Below, in pieces: positions 1 to 13,500 of a stretch of 64,000 nt of DNA. The position numbers and the translations under genes are program-made. Numbering within the stretch: the first letter of the stretch is position 1; the number at the start of each line of letters is the position of its first letter. This DNA is from Bugula neritina. Its lineage: Eukaryota; Animalia; Bryozoa. Location of the stretch: assembly GCA_964035545.1 (NCBI GenBank), contig OZ037766.1, forward strand, positions 11,770,722 through 11,834,721, in the 5' to 3' direction. The notes below the pieces were generated by a model that had not been told where the DNA came from, searched no databases, and saw nothing but the letters and a program-made list of their open reading frames with translations.

Positions 1-1401
1 TGTGAATTTAATAAACAAAATAATTCTCATTTGGGAAAGTGTGCATCGCAAATCTCCCATTTTATTTATTTTTTGAATGAAATAATAAAAATGAGTACAT
101 ATTTAAGCATTGAAAACATGACCACGCGGGTGAGCTAATGACCAACTTAAAGCAACTAACTCAAAAACCGAACTTGATTTTCTTGGCATAGACTTGAGTA
201 GTTATTATTCTACGTTTGGGAATAATTAAAAATTTGTTAAAGAAATGGAGTTATGCTGCTTTTAAAAGACCAAATGATCCACTCTACTCTAACAACAAAC
301 ATAGGCCAGTGAATGTTGACTGCCATTATATTATATTATTCTATTTTTATACCAAGAGAGTCTTGATACCAATAATGGTATTAATCCATGTGTGCTGATG
401 ATTATCGGTGGCCTATATAAATCTTGAGTTCGAGTGCACTGAACTAGCAAACATGAGGCATACAATAATAATTATAGTAAATTATAATGGTGGGCAGGTG
501 CAGGCTAGTATGCATTATTACTAAAATTGACAATCCCAGCACGATGATAAAAACAGGAAATGCCAAAACTGGAAGTCTCTATTCTGTCAGAACCTACAAT
601 TTCAGCTGCACTTTGGCTACAGTTTCAAGTTACTACTCACACTCTCATCTCCTAAATATGATTTATTGTTGAACCATTCAATTACCTGAGTTATAATTTA
701 GTTGCTATGTTTTTATACAGGATATTGTAAAGTAATGGAAGATTTTAGCTGATTTGTTATGAAACTTTTGTTTTAGCTGCCTCCACAATAATTGGAGAAT
801 ATACCTATAGTTTTACAAGCAGCCTAACTTAAATATTGGAAATTTCTAAATCCCAAACTTGTCAGTATGATTTAATATTGGTTAAACAATGCTCATTAAA
901 ATTGTTTTGTGTTTTCAAAATTTTCTTCACTGGTGACTCTGTAGCTATTCATGCTATAAGTTACATAATAGTCTTTTTAAAAGGTCTATATTTCTGGAGG
1001 TTAAGTTTGAGGCAAGTTCTTTTATATAGCCAACTAATAATTTTCACTTATATCAATGCTTTCCATCAGCAAAGTAGTGCTGTATTACTTCTACACCTCA
1101 AATTTTGATATTTTGCATTATATTTTTATCTTTCCGTTCATTAGACTCTATTGAAACTTAAGTTCGAGTATTTCTTGGTTGGAAATCATTAAATGGTCAT
1201 CTTAGCTATTTTGGCAGTAAATGTGAGATAACAACTCCTCAATCATTTTGTGATATTTACATGCAGGGTGATGATTATTTTGATCTAAACAATCTACATT
1301 ATTATAATATTCAGCAGTTGGTTTACCCTACTTTATCCTGTAGTTAAATTAAGCTTCTTATTTTAATACATATTATAATAGTATTTATTTATGTTGTACA
1401 G

Positions 1402-1588
1402 GTTTAAAGGATGGGGACCATCTGGTAACTGTTAATGGGTTAGCCGTGTCTCAATTATCACATGAAAAAGTAGTACGTGTGATCGGGTCTTGTAGTGGCA
1501 CCCTCAAAGTACAAATAGCTGAAATAGGTAGAACACAAGCTCAATACAATGATTCTGATTCTTCAGACGAACAATACGTGAAACCCAG
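1402..1588 (+). CDS. RGS12: RGS12 exon: C-terminal half of the PDZ domain
   Basis: cag|GT..AG|gtaggt; translates [41 protein letters not shown], matching the RGS12 PDZ pattern. Absent from the ORF track. Confidence 0.92.
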
Positions 1589-4500
1589 GTAGGTAGTTGC
1601 TTGCAACATTACTCTTTTAGAGTTTATAGTGGCTGGTTTTTGTTTAACAATAAGGAACATAGTCATAATAGTATTCTCATTTGGTGTGAATAGATTATGT
1701 ATTTCTTGTATAAACATAAAGCTATAATTTCATTAAAGTTATACATCTATCAATAGATCTTTTTTGTAAAATTATAAACACTGGTGAAATGGCTGGTTTC
1801 AAATTCTTTTGAAAAAGTACTAAAACAACATGCTTTGAATTCAATGTTCTACTGGATGCTTAGGTTGCTGTATGGAATAGTTGTCATACCTTTACTCATT
1901 AAGTAAACCTAAGCTAACCTAATATCTGATTTTAAGCTTGTTTGGATTTCTTTAATCTCTGGCCATCTCATTGAAAATAATAGTCATAACTTAAAGGATT
2001 GCTCTATCTTAGTTTATTACAATCACATTATAATTATGAACTATAATCTAATGTGTATGCAAACAATTGTGACTTTGCAAAGGGATATATGCCTAGAAAA
2101 CAGCTTTTCAAAATTCCAATTTTGAGGGAGGTAAAATTTTCAGCCATGAAAAAGAATAGCCTAATACGTGACGTGTGAACGCCAGTAACTATGCTGCACG
2201 TGCTAACTATAACGCTAGTATTCAAGGTTGCTGAGCGCAACATCAACCAATAACGCTCAAGCAGTTACAGTGCGCTATATAGGTCAGCTTTGGTGCGCCC
2301 GTAATATTGTACAATTTGACCTAGTTTAGATCGATCGCAGGCATTCACCTAAAGAATGCATGTTTTTGCAATGCTTTTTTCTATGCTTACAAGCAAAATA
2401 TGGCCTAATGTTATCACATACATGTTATTTAACATGTCAAAAAACTATAGATTGAGATAATTCACATTTGCACTTCTATAAATATACAAATTACGAGCTG
2501 AAAGATCACATCTCACAGTCATATTTCTATAGTTATTCATTTGTATAGTCACGTGACCAGCAGGAATGCTGGCGCTGTTACGTCACAGTTCCCAGCTCAT
2601 TTCAAAATCGGCGTTTTGGCTGTTACCAATCTACACCCTCAACTCCAACTAACTTTTTCTACCTTTGGTCAAATGCTTTTTGTCAATGCATGCTTAGAAA
2701 AACACAATATTATGTGTGTTTGACCTAAATGGCCATTTATTAGACAAGATAGAGCAATCCTTTAATAAACACCATAAAGAGTGAATTTGATAATGCTAAG
2801 CTTGAATTCGAGAGGGGACAATTCTGATTTGCATATTTTAAATTTATACATGTAGGTATTCCCAACGACCCCGAGCCAGATCGAATTCTAAGACGACTCA
2901 TCTTCCACTGGAGCAGCTTTCTCAGAGAAAGGGTACTCTCCACACTCACCACTTGCATGTATGTGCTAATTTGTTTTATTAAAAGTCTAGCATAATGTAT
3001 GTTATTAGTAATGTAATAAAATGATGAGTAATTTGGAATTTTTAGAAGCACTTTGTTTGATGAAAATAACATTCAGTATTAAATTAAAATTAGCTAGGCA
3101 AATTCATAAAATGTTTTCTGAACAAGATCTACCCAGGTAGCTCACATAGTATTGGATATAGGTAGGCTATGTGGTATTTGGGATGTTTTTGCATTATCAT
3201 TACCTCTGATATAATTTTTCTAAATCACACTTATCATCAACATTATAGAATTCATACATCAACCTGAATTCTGATTGCTAAATAAGTACAATAATATTTT
3301 CTATATTTTCTACCATTTTCCCAGATGTTCAGATCTCTATTTGAAAATTTGCGACCAGCTGAGAACTGATGTTAATATTAGTTCTTATGAAATAGAATAC
3401 ATAATATTGACTACCATTTTCAAAGTGTAGAAAAATGAATGTAGCTAAATTATCTCTAACTCAATGTTTGAGTCTGGCTAGATATGGACTGCGAGAAGTC
3501 TAGCATAAGTATCTGTAGTATATATTGTTGGCAATTCATGAGAATGTTTTTAAAAATACTAACGACATAGCCAACATACAACTATTGTTTTTGCAGAATG
3601 CTTCAAAATCTACCAGCCTGTCAGTTCAGCCGAATCCCGATCCATTTCCAACTATATACAATCCAGTAAGACCCATCAATGGTAGATCTTCTGACTTTGG
3701 TGTAGTAAGGCAACGCTTACCGTTGGGCAGTCGACTTGCAGATTCATATTCTAGAGGTGAAGGTCTGCCCGGCTATAATACTTCAAGGTCGGGAGGAGGA
3801 CAGATTGTCCGAAGTAGTAGCGTGCCCGATGTGTCAGCCATTGACTCCCAGGCTATGGACTTGTCTAAGATGCTGTATCCTGCCATGCAGCCTGTTGTTC
3901 TGAGTTCCTCGTCAACTATAAACGCCGATGATGATCAGCCTAGTCTGAGAGTTGTGGTAGGCTACATTGGCTCCATAGAAATGCCTCAAGATTCCAACCT
4001 ACCAACCTCGAGGCTGCAGTCTATTAGATCAGCTGTGCGGAGACTGAGAGTTGAACAGAAAGTTCACACACTTGTTTTGCTAGAGATAAGGGCTGACGGT
4101 ATTAAACTGATAAATGCTATGGGCGCTGTAATAGTGCATTACCCAGTCAGCAGGCTGGCTATGAGCGGCATGTATCCTGACGACAAGCGGTTCTTCGGAC
4201 TTGTCACGGTGCAGGAAGAGGAGCATCTGGAGGGTCACGTAGAAGACCAAGCTGGCACAGAAATAAGTTCCTCTTGCCATGTGTTCATGGTGGACCCAGA
4301 CTTCTCTAGGCATAATATTCACTCTCCTAAAGCAAAGATGTTTGGCATACATTGTACAATAGACCCCAACACGCACAGGTGCTTAGAGTTTCCTAAATCT
4401 TGCTCACCCATACTGCGTACAGTCGCTAAGCTGTATAGAGACAAATATGGTGGCATATTTAATGTTCCGAGACGGCAGGAACGGCCGGCCACATCTGACA

Positions 4501-7500
4501 GCGATACAAATAGTGACAGCGGCCTTGGCTTCCATAAAGATCAGGAAGAGCCTGAAGCAGGTGCGATATTCGGTCTCTTCTCACCTATAATTGTTTCCAT
4601 TATAGTTGCGTCTCTTAAACCTTCACAAGTGATGCCACTTTGTAGCAACAATAAAAGATGTTTGTACTTTTGTAATGTAGAATTATCTTTGCCTTTTTTA
4701 TCTATTTCACTCTTACTAAATATACAAATTCTTTTTAAAAACACTTAACTAACACATTCAAAGAGTTCCGGTGAGAATATAGTTTGAAATTTGTAAGCTA
4801 TATGGTTCGTACTTATTTACACTTTTATTTTGCTACATACTACTTACTACTACTGATAATACTAGTATTTCATGTGCAAGGTCAATGTATTGTGTAATTA
4901 ATGCATTCCAACATACTTCCAGCTGCAGGTGTAGATCAGCCATAGATAGCTGATATTGTTGATATTGTTACAAGGTGTTGCCCAGTACACACAGGAACTG
5001 CAGTTGTTACCTCTATTAGAGAGAGTAACATGTGATGTTGTGTTTCAGGAGCTGACAGGGTATACGTTGTGGATATTCATATACCTGACAACAATTCTGA
5101 TTCCTCCGCTAGCAATTCTTGCGAGAGAGTTCCATCTCCACCACCGCCACTCTCATCTCGAACTGCTGCATCCTTTTCGGACACTTCTGTTGTTTCCCGC
5201 TCACTCATCACCCCTCATGTTCCTAGCTTGTCCGCCTCGTCTCCCACTCGGGCACTCAACAAACAAGGCTCTACTGTTGAACCGAACAGAAAGACTCTCT
5301 CACAAAACATGATTCAGAGTCAGGAGATACCCAGCAGCTCTGTAAGTGTTATGATAGTCTGTGTAGGTGTTTCAGATAGTATGATGGGTTCTCTGTATGT
5401 TGGAACTGGTTATACAGTGTGTTAGCCATCCAGCTCGGTGATTGAGGCTTTTTTCAGTTTCTTTGGTAGAGCGATTTTTTCCAAAACCAAAACTTTTTAA
5501 AACTAACTGAAAATTCATATTGACATGGTACTGTCAATGAATTTTCTAATTTTTGCAACAAATGGTTGCTATGACAACTAAAGATTAAAAAGGGAAAAGG
5601 GTTACCTAAAGTTTTGTATACAACAGCCATTAACTAATAGCCGGCTAGATATAGAAAAATAATTTTTTCTTGACTGACTCTTTTACTAAACAAGCTTTTA
5701 ATTTTATATAAGAATTCAGTTTTCATATGGATAAGATAACTCTTTACACAAAAATTGTTTAAAATGTGTTAACTTTTATAGCCTTTTAAAATAATTTTTG
5801 AATTAGCAAACTGCAACATATGCCTGCGATCAGTGTGCCTATAAAGTATTATAAAGTGGGCGTAAACATGCTTAATAACTTAATGGTAGGTTCATTTGTA
5901 TTTAATAATTTTATTGAAGCAGAGCATGTTTCTCTTATGAGATTTGGATTTGTCATTTGTGACTCTTTGATGCTAAAAGCTAAAGCAAAATTGTAGTGTG
6001 TGCTCTAAGGAAATCTAACTTCTTGGTTCACATCATGCGTTTCTGGTATTTTCATTGTTTTACTAAAACCCTGTTGTGATAGTTTGCAAATATGGACATT
6101 TTATATCTAAGATTTAATATTTCCTCTTTTACCTGCAACAGAATCTGCTCAAATAGGTGTAAACTACAACTTATTCAAAATGGCTGTGAAAATCTAAATT
6201 TTGACTATAGCAGTACTAAGAAGTAGTTAGTACTGAGTAATAGTGTAGCAATACTAGGTCGTAATCTCATGCTAATCAAGACAATCTCATTGACCTCTCA
6301 TTGACCTTGAACATCATGTACTTCACTCATTATTGCTGTTTCTCCATGCATTGAAACTTCTGCCAAAACAATCACAATACCTTCCAATGAAGGCAGCTAA
6401 TGTGGCTTCAATGCATGGAAAGACAACTACAGTTATTTAGCGTATTCTATTTACTAAACAGTGAGTTGCCGCTACACCCATACAAATTACTGCTGCTGTA
6501 TATTTTATACTCTTGACTGTTAACCACTGATATTACAGAAAGCAGACTCCTTGGGTCAGCATTCTACCTGGAGTGCTGTCTCTGTTACTAAACCCAATTC
6601 CAGCCTTTATGCTGCTTTACAAGACTCCAAGGCCATTAGTGCTACTGCTGTTTCTTCAACCGCTATGGACCCAAGAACAGTTGAACAACTTCGTTCTAAT
6701 ATGCAGGTAATATTGCCACACTATTCCACACTATGATCTATACAAATGTGTGCTAATGCTGCATTTTTTGCATATTTATTACCACCTACATTACATTTCC
6801 ATCAGTTGCTAATTTTCAATCATGCTAATGGATGCTCTTATAGATAAATTTGTATTTTCGGTATGCATTAACTTATGGTGTTGGTTTCATTTGATGCAAC
6901 TGTTTCCAAAGATGGAACAAAAAGTTCACTGCATAATTCGAAAGCTTAAAAACATAATATTAAACTAATAATGTATGTATGCCTCTGTAGCGACTACTGG
7001 CCATGAGGAAAGAGAACATAAGGGATACGCAGTCACTCAGTGATACTGAAAGTGTAATCAGTGATGTCAGGAGCAGAGGTTCTTCAGGCAGCAGGGTGTC
7101 CTTCAACCCACACGTAGCCATCGCCACTCACAACTACCCTTCAGGTTCCTATACTATTACATGTAGTTGGATAATTTCAGAGGTTGAACAGAAAACATGA
7201 GTCACTGAAATTTTTCTCATTTCATTGGTTTGAAGTAAATTTATTAGAATTTCTTTTATAAAATTGAGTGCAGAAAAATTATACAAAGTGAGAAGTTACA
7301 ACTTTTGTTCACTCCAATATAATATGTGCTTTACTTGTTGATTGTAGTTTTCATCATTGAAGTTGCACTGTAACGTAAAGATATGAATAGAATAAAAAGA
7401 TATTGCTGGTATCTACAGTTGCTGCTTTGACTGTTAGCTTTAGGTGCAGTTGGAGGAAGATCAAGTGGAAGCGACTCCTCATCATATCGAAGCAGTAAAC

Positions 7501-10500
7501 CAAGGACAGCTACCCAGAATTCTCTGTACAGTGGAATGCTGCCACCTAGCAGAAAGCAGCGTGTATTTAGCTCAGCTTTGAAAGCAAAGCCGGTGCCACC
7601 ACCTATTGCTCCGAAGCCTGCAGTGAAGATGCAAAGAGTTTTGAATGATTTTCACCATCAAGAGTTTCATGTGACGCATCAGCACCAGGAGGCTGTTTAT
7701 AAAAAGCAGCAAGAAGAGCACACCAAAACTGAGGCTGCCGTTAGGGTAAATCAACATACTATGTTGGTAGTGTTTATTTTGTTACATAATTGTATGTGAC
7801 TGCTGGTGCTGCTAAAATAATGTCGGGTTTTAAACTTCTGCAATGACTTCAGTTTTGCAAAGTATGCAAAGCTGTTTGATTTTAAATTTCATGAAATCAC
7901 TTGGGCTGTAAATTTAAAAAAACTCTGATCTGTGCTTTGAAAATGTCAAAATACTAGTTTTTATGACAGGATGTGCTTGCCATACTGTGTAAGCTCCCTA
8001 TTATATGATTTTTTAGAAGATGTCATAACGAGTCTCAAAGAAGTTTTTCAACTGAAAAAAATGTGACAAAATTACTTTCTGAGCTTTTTATTAGAGTTTT
8101 GTAATACTCAAAAACAGGCTATATATCAGCTTCAAGTTTGTTTATGAAATGCTGTCAAATTGAGTATTGAGTCAATACTAAACATATTTTTGTTGATTGA
8201 ATTTAAATCTATTGCTCCTCTGAATTTCAAATTTTATTTGTTACTAAAAATAAGCAGTTCCACACTTACTGAATAAGTAGCTTTTATATACAGCTATGAT
8301 GAAATCCTTAAATGGTAAGCATTCTGGGCATGTAGTTTAGTGATAAAAATGTTTACTAGACACTTGAATTTTGTTTGAAATATTTTATGTTACAACTAGT
8401 GAAATATGTTGAATGTGATAAGGTTTTTACTGATATTTCTACTATCCCTTTGGTCACCTTCCCAGTAAAATCTGTTATAATAATATGTGTATCTAATTAT
8501 TTGCCAATTTCTAGTCATTAACGCTGGATGGGCGGCAAAGCCGAGCTAATCCAAATAACCTGATGGCCTCCAGAGGGGCCAGCACTTTGAGCTCTAAACT
8601 TAGCCCAAGAGCCTATCCATCTGCTGTTCCTCGGTCTACAAAGGTTGTTGCTGGTGAAAGGTCAGCATTTCAAAGAGTCAGCGATGAATCAGTCACTATT
8701 CCTCCGCCACTCAACTTCTATGCATCCAGAAACTACAACGACAACAATAACAACAACAATAACAGCGGAGCTAGCAATAGTCAGCCAGCATCTGAGAGTC
8801 ATCAGGATTATGGGATACCCATTAACAGGGCGGCTGGTGCTGCTGCTGCTGCCGCAAAGTGAGTGTTTGTTTGGCTGCTGAACTTGAAATAGGTTTATTA
8901 GCAAAGATTTCTAACCTATTGGATATTACAGTGAGTAATGTAATAAGTAAAGAGGCTATTTTGTAGCAAACAAAGTGTTTTCTACTTCATATTTGGTCCA
9001 TAAGTTAAAGTACTACAGTACTAACAAGAATTAGTAATGATCCATACACTATAAAACAGTATAATACTAATATCTGTAAAAAATGGTTACGTAAAGAGAA
9101 CATATTTTGTTCTAAAGTTGTAATAGGTGGTGGAGAATGGGGGGGGGGGCTAATTCAACCTTTCACCGCTACTTATAAAAATATATAATTAAAAAAGCCC
9201 TAGGATTTCAACACATAAACTTTTAGACCTTTCCTCATAAATTGACAGGCCGAGGGCCTGATTTTTCTGATAACTTTGATTGGTTATCTGAATACCAATA
9301 TCTATACCGTGCCTATTTCCTTTACATTGCACTAAAATCAAAATATCCATATATATCTACAAAAATATCAATACATGTGTTTGGCAGAAGATTTTTTATG
9401 AATTTTTTAATTTGAAATTGATTTTATATGTGCTTCTGTACTAAATGGTAAACCATTTTGCCCATCCATGTTGCATTACTACTTTAAACAGAATATAGGT
9501 TAGCTAACTTACAATAATGTTATGCTAAATGTGAATGTGTACATTTCTATATACCTGACCTTTTTATATTTACATATTATTAAGCATTAGGAAGAGAACT
9601 GTAGAAACCTGATAATTTATTGTTTAGATCAGTAGACTAAACTCTCCTTGCTGTAGTTCATATTGCTTTTATCTTGCTGCAGCAGAAATATCATTATAAG
9701 TTTCGGGGAGTTATTTCTGAAGTTCACTTTTATTAATCTATTTACTTCCTTAATATACTTGTGCAATTTTTATGTGTAATCATTTGATGCATGGTGTTCA
9801 GGGTTCTTAGTACAGCAACATTAGCATATAAATATAGCAAAGTAGTTATTGGAGCTTACCGCTGCCAACATGGACGATAATCACAGAATGACTGCTGCTA
9901 ACCCTAGTATTGACAATGCCTTGAGAACCATGACACTTCTAGCTTTTCGGTTTTCTTACGACAGCCCTGCTAGAGGAACCTCGAGACCTGTTTCAGCTAG
10001 ACCTGTGCCAGCTCCACGCAGAATATCCAGAGCACCGTATCAAGAGACAACAACCCCGCAAGTGAGATCCTGCAGTGTGCCACCACCTATGAGCAGTCAG
10101 CTTCAGATAGGAAGAGAACTGAATGTGGATGATGGCTTATCTATTCGATCAACTTCTATACAGTCACTAGTAAGTAATGCTACATGCCTTAACATAGTCT
10201 TGTTACGCTTCAATAGAGTTGTTTGACAGAAAATTCAGAGCCAGTTTGCACTCTTTTATTTTCTACTTTTATGTTTAACCAGATACATTCGAAAAATATT
10301 TGTCAACATTTTTTTGAAGATTTAATTTAATGACACCACACCATATATGCAACTTTTTAAGTGCTCATTGCTAATCTATAGGCCACTCTTTCAGACAGTA
10401 AAAGTTCCAGAAATTGCATGTTCAGTTGATGGTTATTTTTCTCTTTGACTAACAAATTTGTACATGCTGCATAACATTAGTAAAAAAAGACCCTAAACTA

Positions 10501-13500
10501 TGTAATCATGTACAGAAAAACAAGACCACAGTTTTTAATTTTTGTTACTGTATAAATAGGTACTATTATACATCTGCATTGGGCCTTTCAGGAAAGCTTT
10601 TTCCTCTTTATTTCATTGTTGATCATGATACTAAAAATTTTTGTTGATGCTGTAGTTTCCCCGCAGTTTTCAAAAATACTCTTAATGGATATAAGTTATA
10701 AAGATACAATATTTGACATGAACTATTCAATATCTAAACTAATGAACCAGTAAGCACACACTAATTTTGAAGTTCATTAAATTTTGAATAGGGAAGAAAG
10801 AAGGAACACCAATTGAGAAAACTTTCTTCATGTAATTTTATGTCAATTTTTACACTTTACTTATATACATATAGCCCAGAAGGATAGAATTAAAAAGGGA
10901 ACTTTCTATATTATTTCTGCACAAAAATAGAGCAGTTTATACGCCTTTGAAGATGGTAATTCTTATGAGTCAATGCATAGGCTAGGCTATTCTTTCTAAC
11001 TTTATTTTTCCTGTCATTAAAAGCCATGTTTTGATGCAACCAAAAATACATTGTAAGTTAGTAAACCTATCAACAAATGCTATATGTGTCAGTTGACTGG
11101 TGGAATCAAGGAATACAATATTTTGACACGATTAGATAACTCTCAATGTTGATGTAGCAGTATGGTTGTCTAAATGAGTTCGAATTCCTGGGCTTCTTGG
11201 CTTTTCAATTAAAGGACCAAACCTAATATTGAACTTAGATAAAAATAGTGCACAATAATCCTTTAATATTAGATTTTCTCTGAAAAGATTGATACTATAT
11301 AACAGTTACTTTCAATATCATTTTACAAGAAACTAGAGCATTGAAGTTTGTCAGAGTTTTAGACTTGTAGTGAGCAGTATCAACGAAAATGCAAATTGAT
11401 TTTGGTCAGACGGGTGTACCATAAATTCTTAGTCTTGTATACCTTGGTGTTGGTATACTAATGGTGAATGTCATATATCAGACTACAGTGAGATTTCTAT
11501 CATTTCTACTATGTCTTCAGAGTTGTTGAACTACTGTTAACAATATATTATTGTGAGGAATGAATCGGAAATACTACAGCCAATCTGAAATAGTACTACA
11601 TGCTATTGTAACTCTGTTTACTTTAAACATTCATATAATTTTAGTTCATTGTTTTTTGTAAGTAAATTTTTGAATGGCTCCAAAAATTGCGGTGTGAATT
11701 GTGAAGGTTGTTTCAAAAGATATAACCATATTGAGGTATGTACAAAGAAATTAGTGTATTCACTTCTCTTTAAATCAGCTGCATTCAGTTGTGCAATTAC
11801 ATTGTGAATCAGTTAAACACAATAGCATCTTGTATTGCACTAATTTTACCGATGATGGTCACTCTAATAATAGGCGGTGCTATAGATTTTCTATACCAGA
11901 TTGAGTGTTAAGGGATATTAGAGCAGCAACCTTTTTCTAATTGCTCATTGTTGTTCCGACAACTTAGTGTTCTCCCGGAAAACTCAGGTTTGTAGCTCAA
12001 ATGGCCCTGACATAGGGCTGAGTCAAGCAACATGGCTTTGCTGATTAATTAACTTCGGCAGCACTGTTCATTGTATGCTGACTTTCAGCTGAGCAGCTAG
12101 ATGAATCAATCAGATCTATATCGTGATAGTGTAACAACAGGCTTGCTGTAGTTGTCATTTCACACTCAAGTTCCCGATACACGGGTGCTAATACTTACTG
12201 TCTACACAATGGATATCAGAGCTTCGCCAATAATTGCTACTCAACCTGATGAGGCTTTTACACGACTTTTAAATATTGTCTTATCTCCCGAGTCTCCTAT
12301 ATACGATTTATCAGTTCCTAAGCGTCGTGGCAAATCAGTGCAGAAGGTAAATGCCAGTAGTGAAGCGTTGAATGCAAAAATGAGCAGTCACCAGGTTTGT
12401 GAAATATTGCTAAAGTATTTTTTACATTACTCTACCTTACACTACTCTACCTTACACTACTCTACCTTACACTACTCTACCTTACACTACTCTACTTTAC
12501 ACTACTCTACCTTACACTACACTACTCTACCTTACTCTACTCTACCTTACACTACACTACTCTACCTTACTCTACACTTCTCTACCTTACTCTACCTTAC
12601 ACTACTCTACCTTACACTACTCTACCTTACACTACACTACTCTACCTTACACTACTCTACCTTACACTACTCTACCTTACACTACACTACTCTACCTTAC
12701 ACTACTCTACCTTACACTACTCTACCTTACACTACACTACTCTACCTTACACTACTCTACCTTACACTACTCTACCTTACACTACTCTACCTTACACTAC
12801 ACTACTCTACTCTACCTTACACAACTCACTTTGCCTTGCACAGTTTTCTGGAAACGTGATTCATTATTTTGAGCCCTTTTATCCAGTGCCTATAATTTTT
12901 ACTTTCCATGTTGGAGGTTTCTGGAGTCTATCTATTTTCATTTAAAAATTGAATAGTTGTTTTGCAACTATGCTTTGATCTGTGCATTTAATTGAAACCA
13001 GTGAAGATACTGTTTGTACATACTTGCATACATGTATCATGTTGATCCAATACACCCCATGGTAAATCACAATTCTCAAGTCTTCACCTAAATTATAGTC
13101 ATTTAGTATCCCCCTGAGTGTTCCCTTTGTATAAAATCTAGCAGGCTATTTTATGTTTCTATGTTATGTATAGACTTGCTTTTGTTTCTAATTCAAAAAG
13201 AAATATCATGGAATAGGAAAACACACACACCCTTCGTCATTATGACCTGCATGTAAATCATTTGTAGAATTATCCCGTTTAATAGTTGTGTTCTTCTTTT
13301 AAAAAAGCCATAATGTTGTGGGGTAATCTTTAAAAATTTCTAGAAAAATATGTCATCTAAACTAGTCAAAATATGAAGCAAAGTTTTGTAGCATTAAAAA
13401 TTGTAAATTAGTAAAATTTTGATGATTTGAAAAATGGTAGCCGGCTGTGATAAAACTTCTCATGCTCTCTGCATACTTCCTATGTATGCAACTTTACAAG

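Noticed and set aside
4080-4376. Antisense ORFs over real exons (also 35866-36129, 37342-37614, 41388-41675)
   Set aside because: Shadow frames of GC-richer coding exons with no independent evidence.
12395-12859. LHYST-repeat protein
   Set aside because: It is the translation of a stop-free minisatellite that begins after a splice donor.
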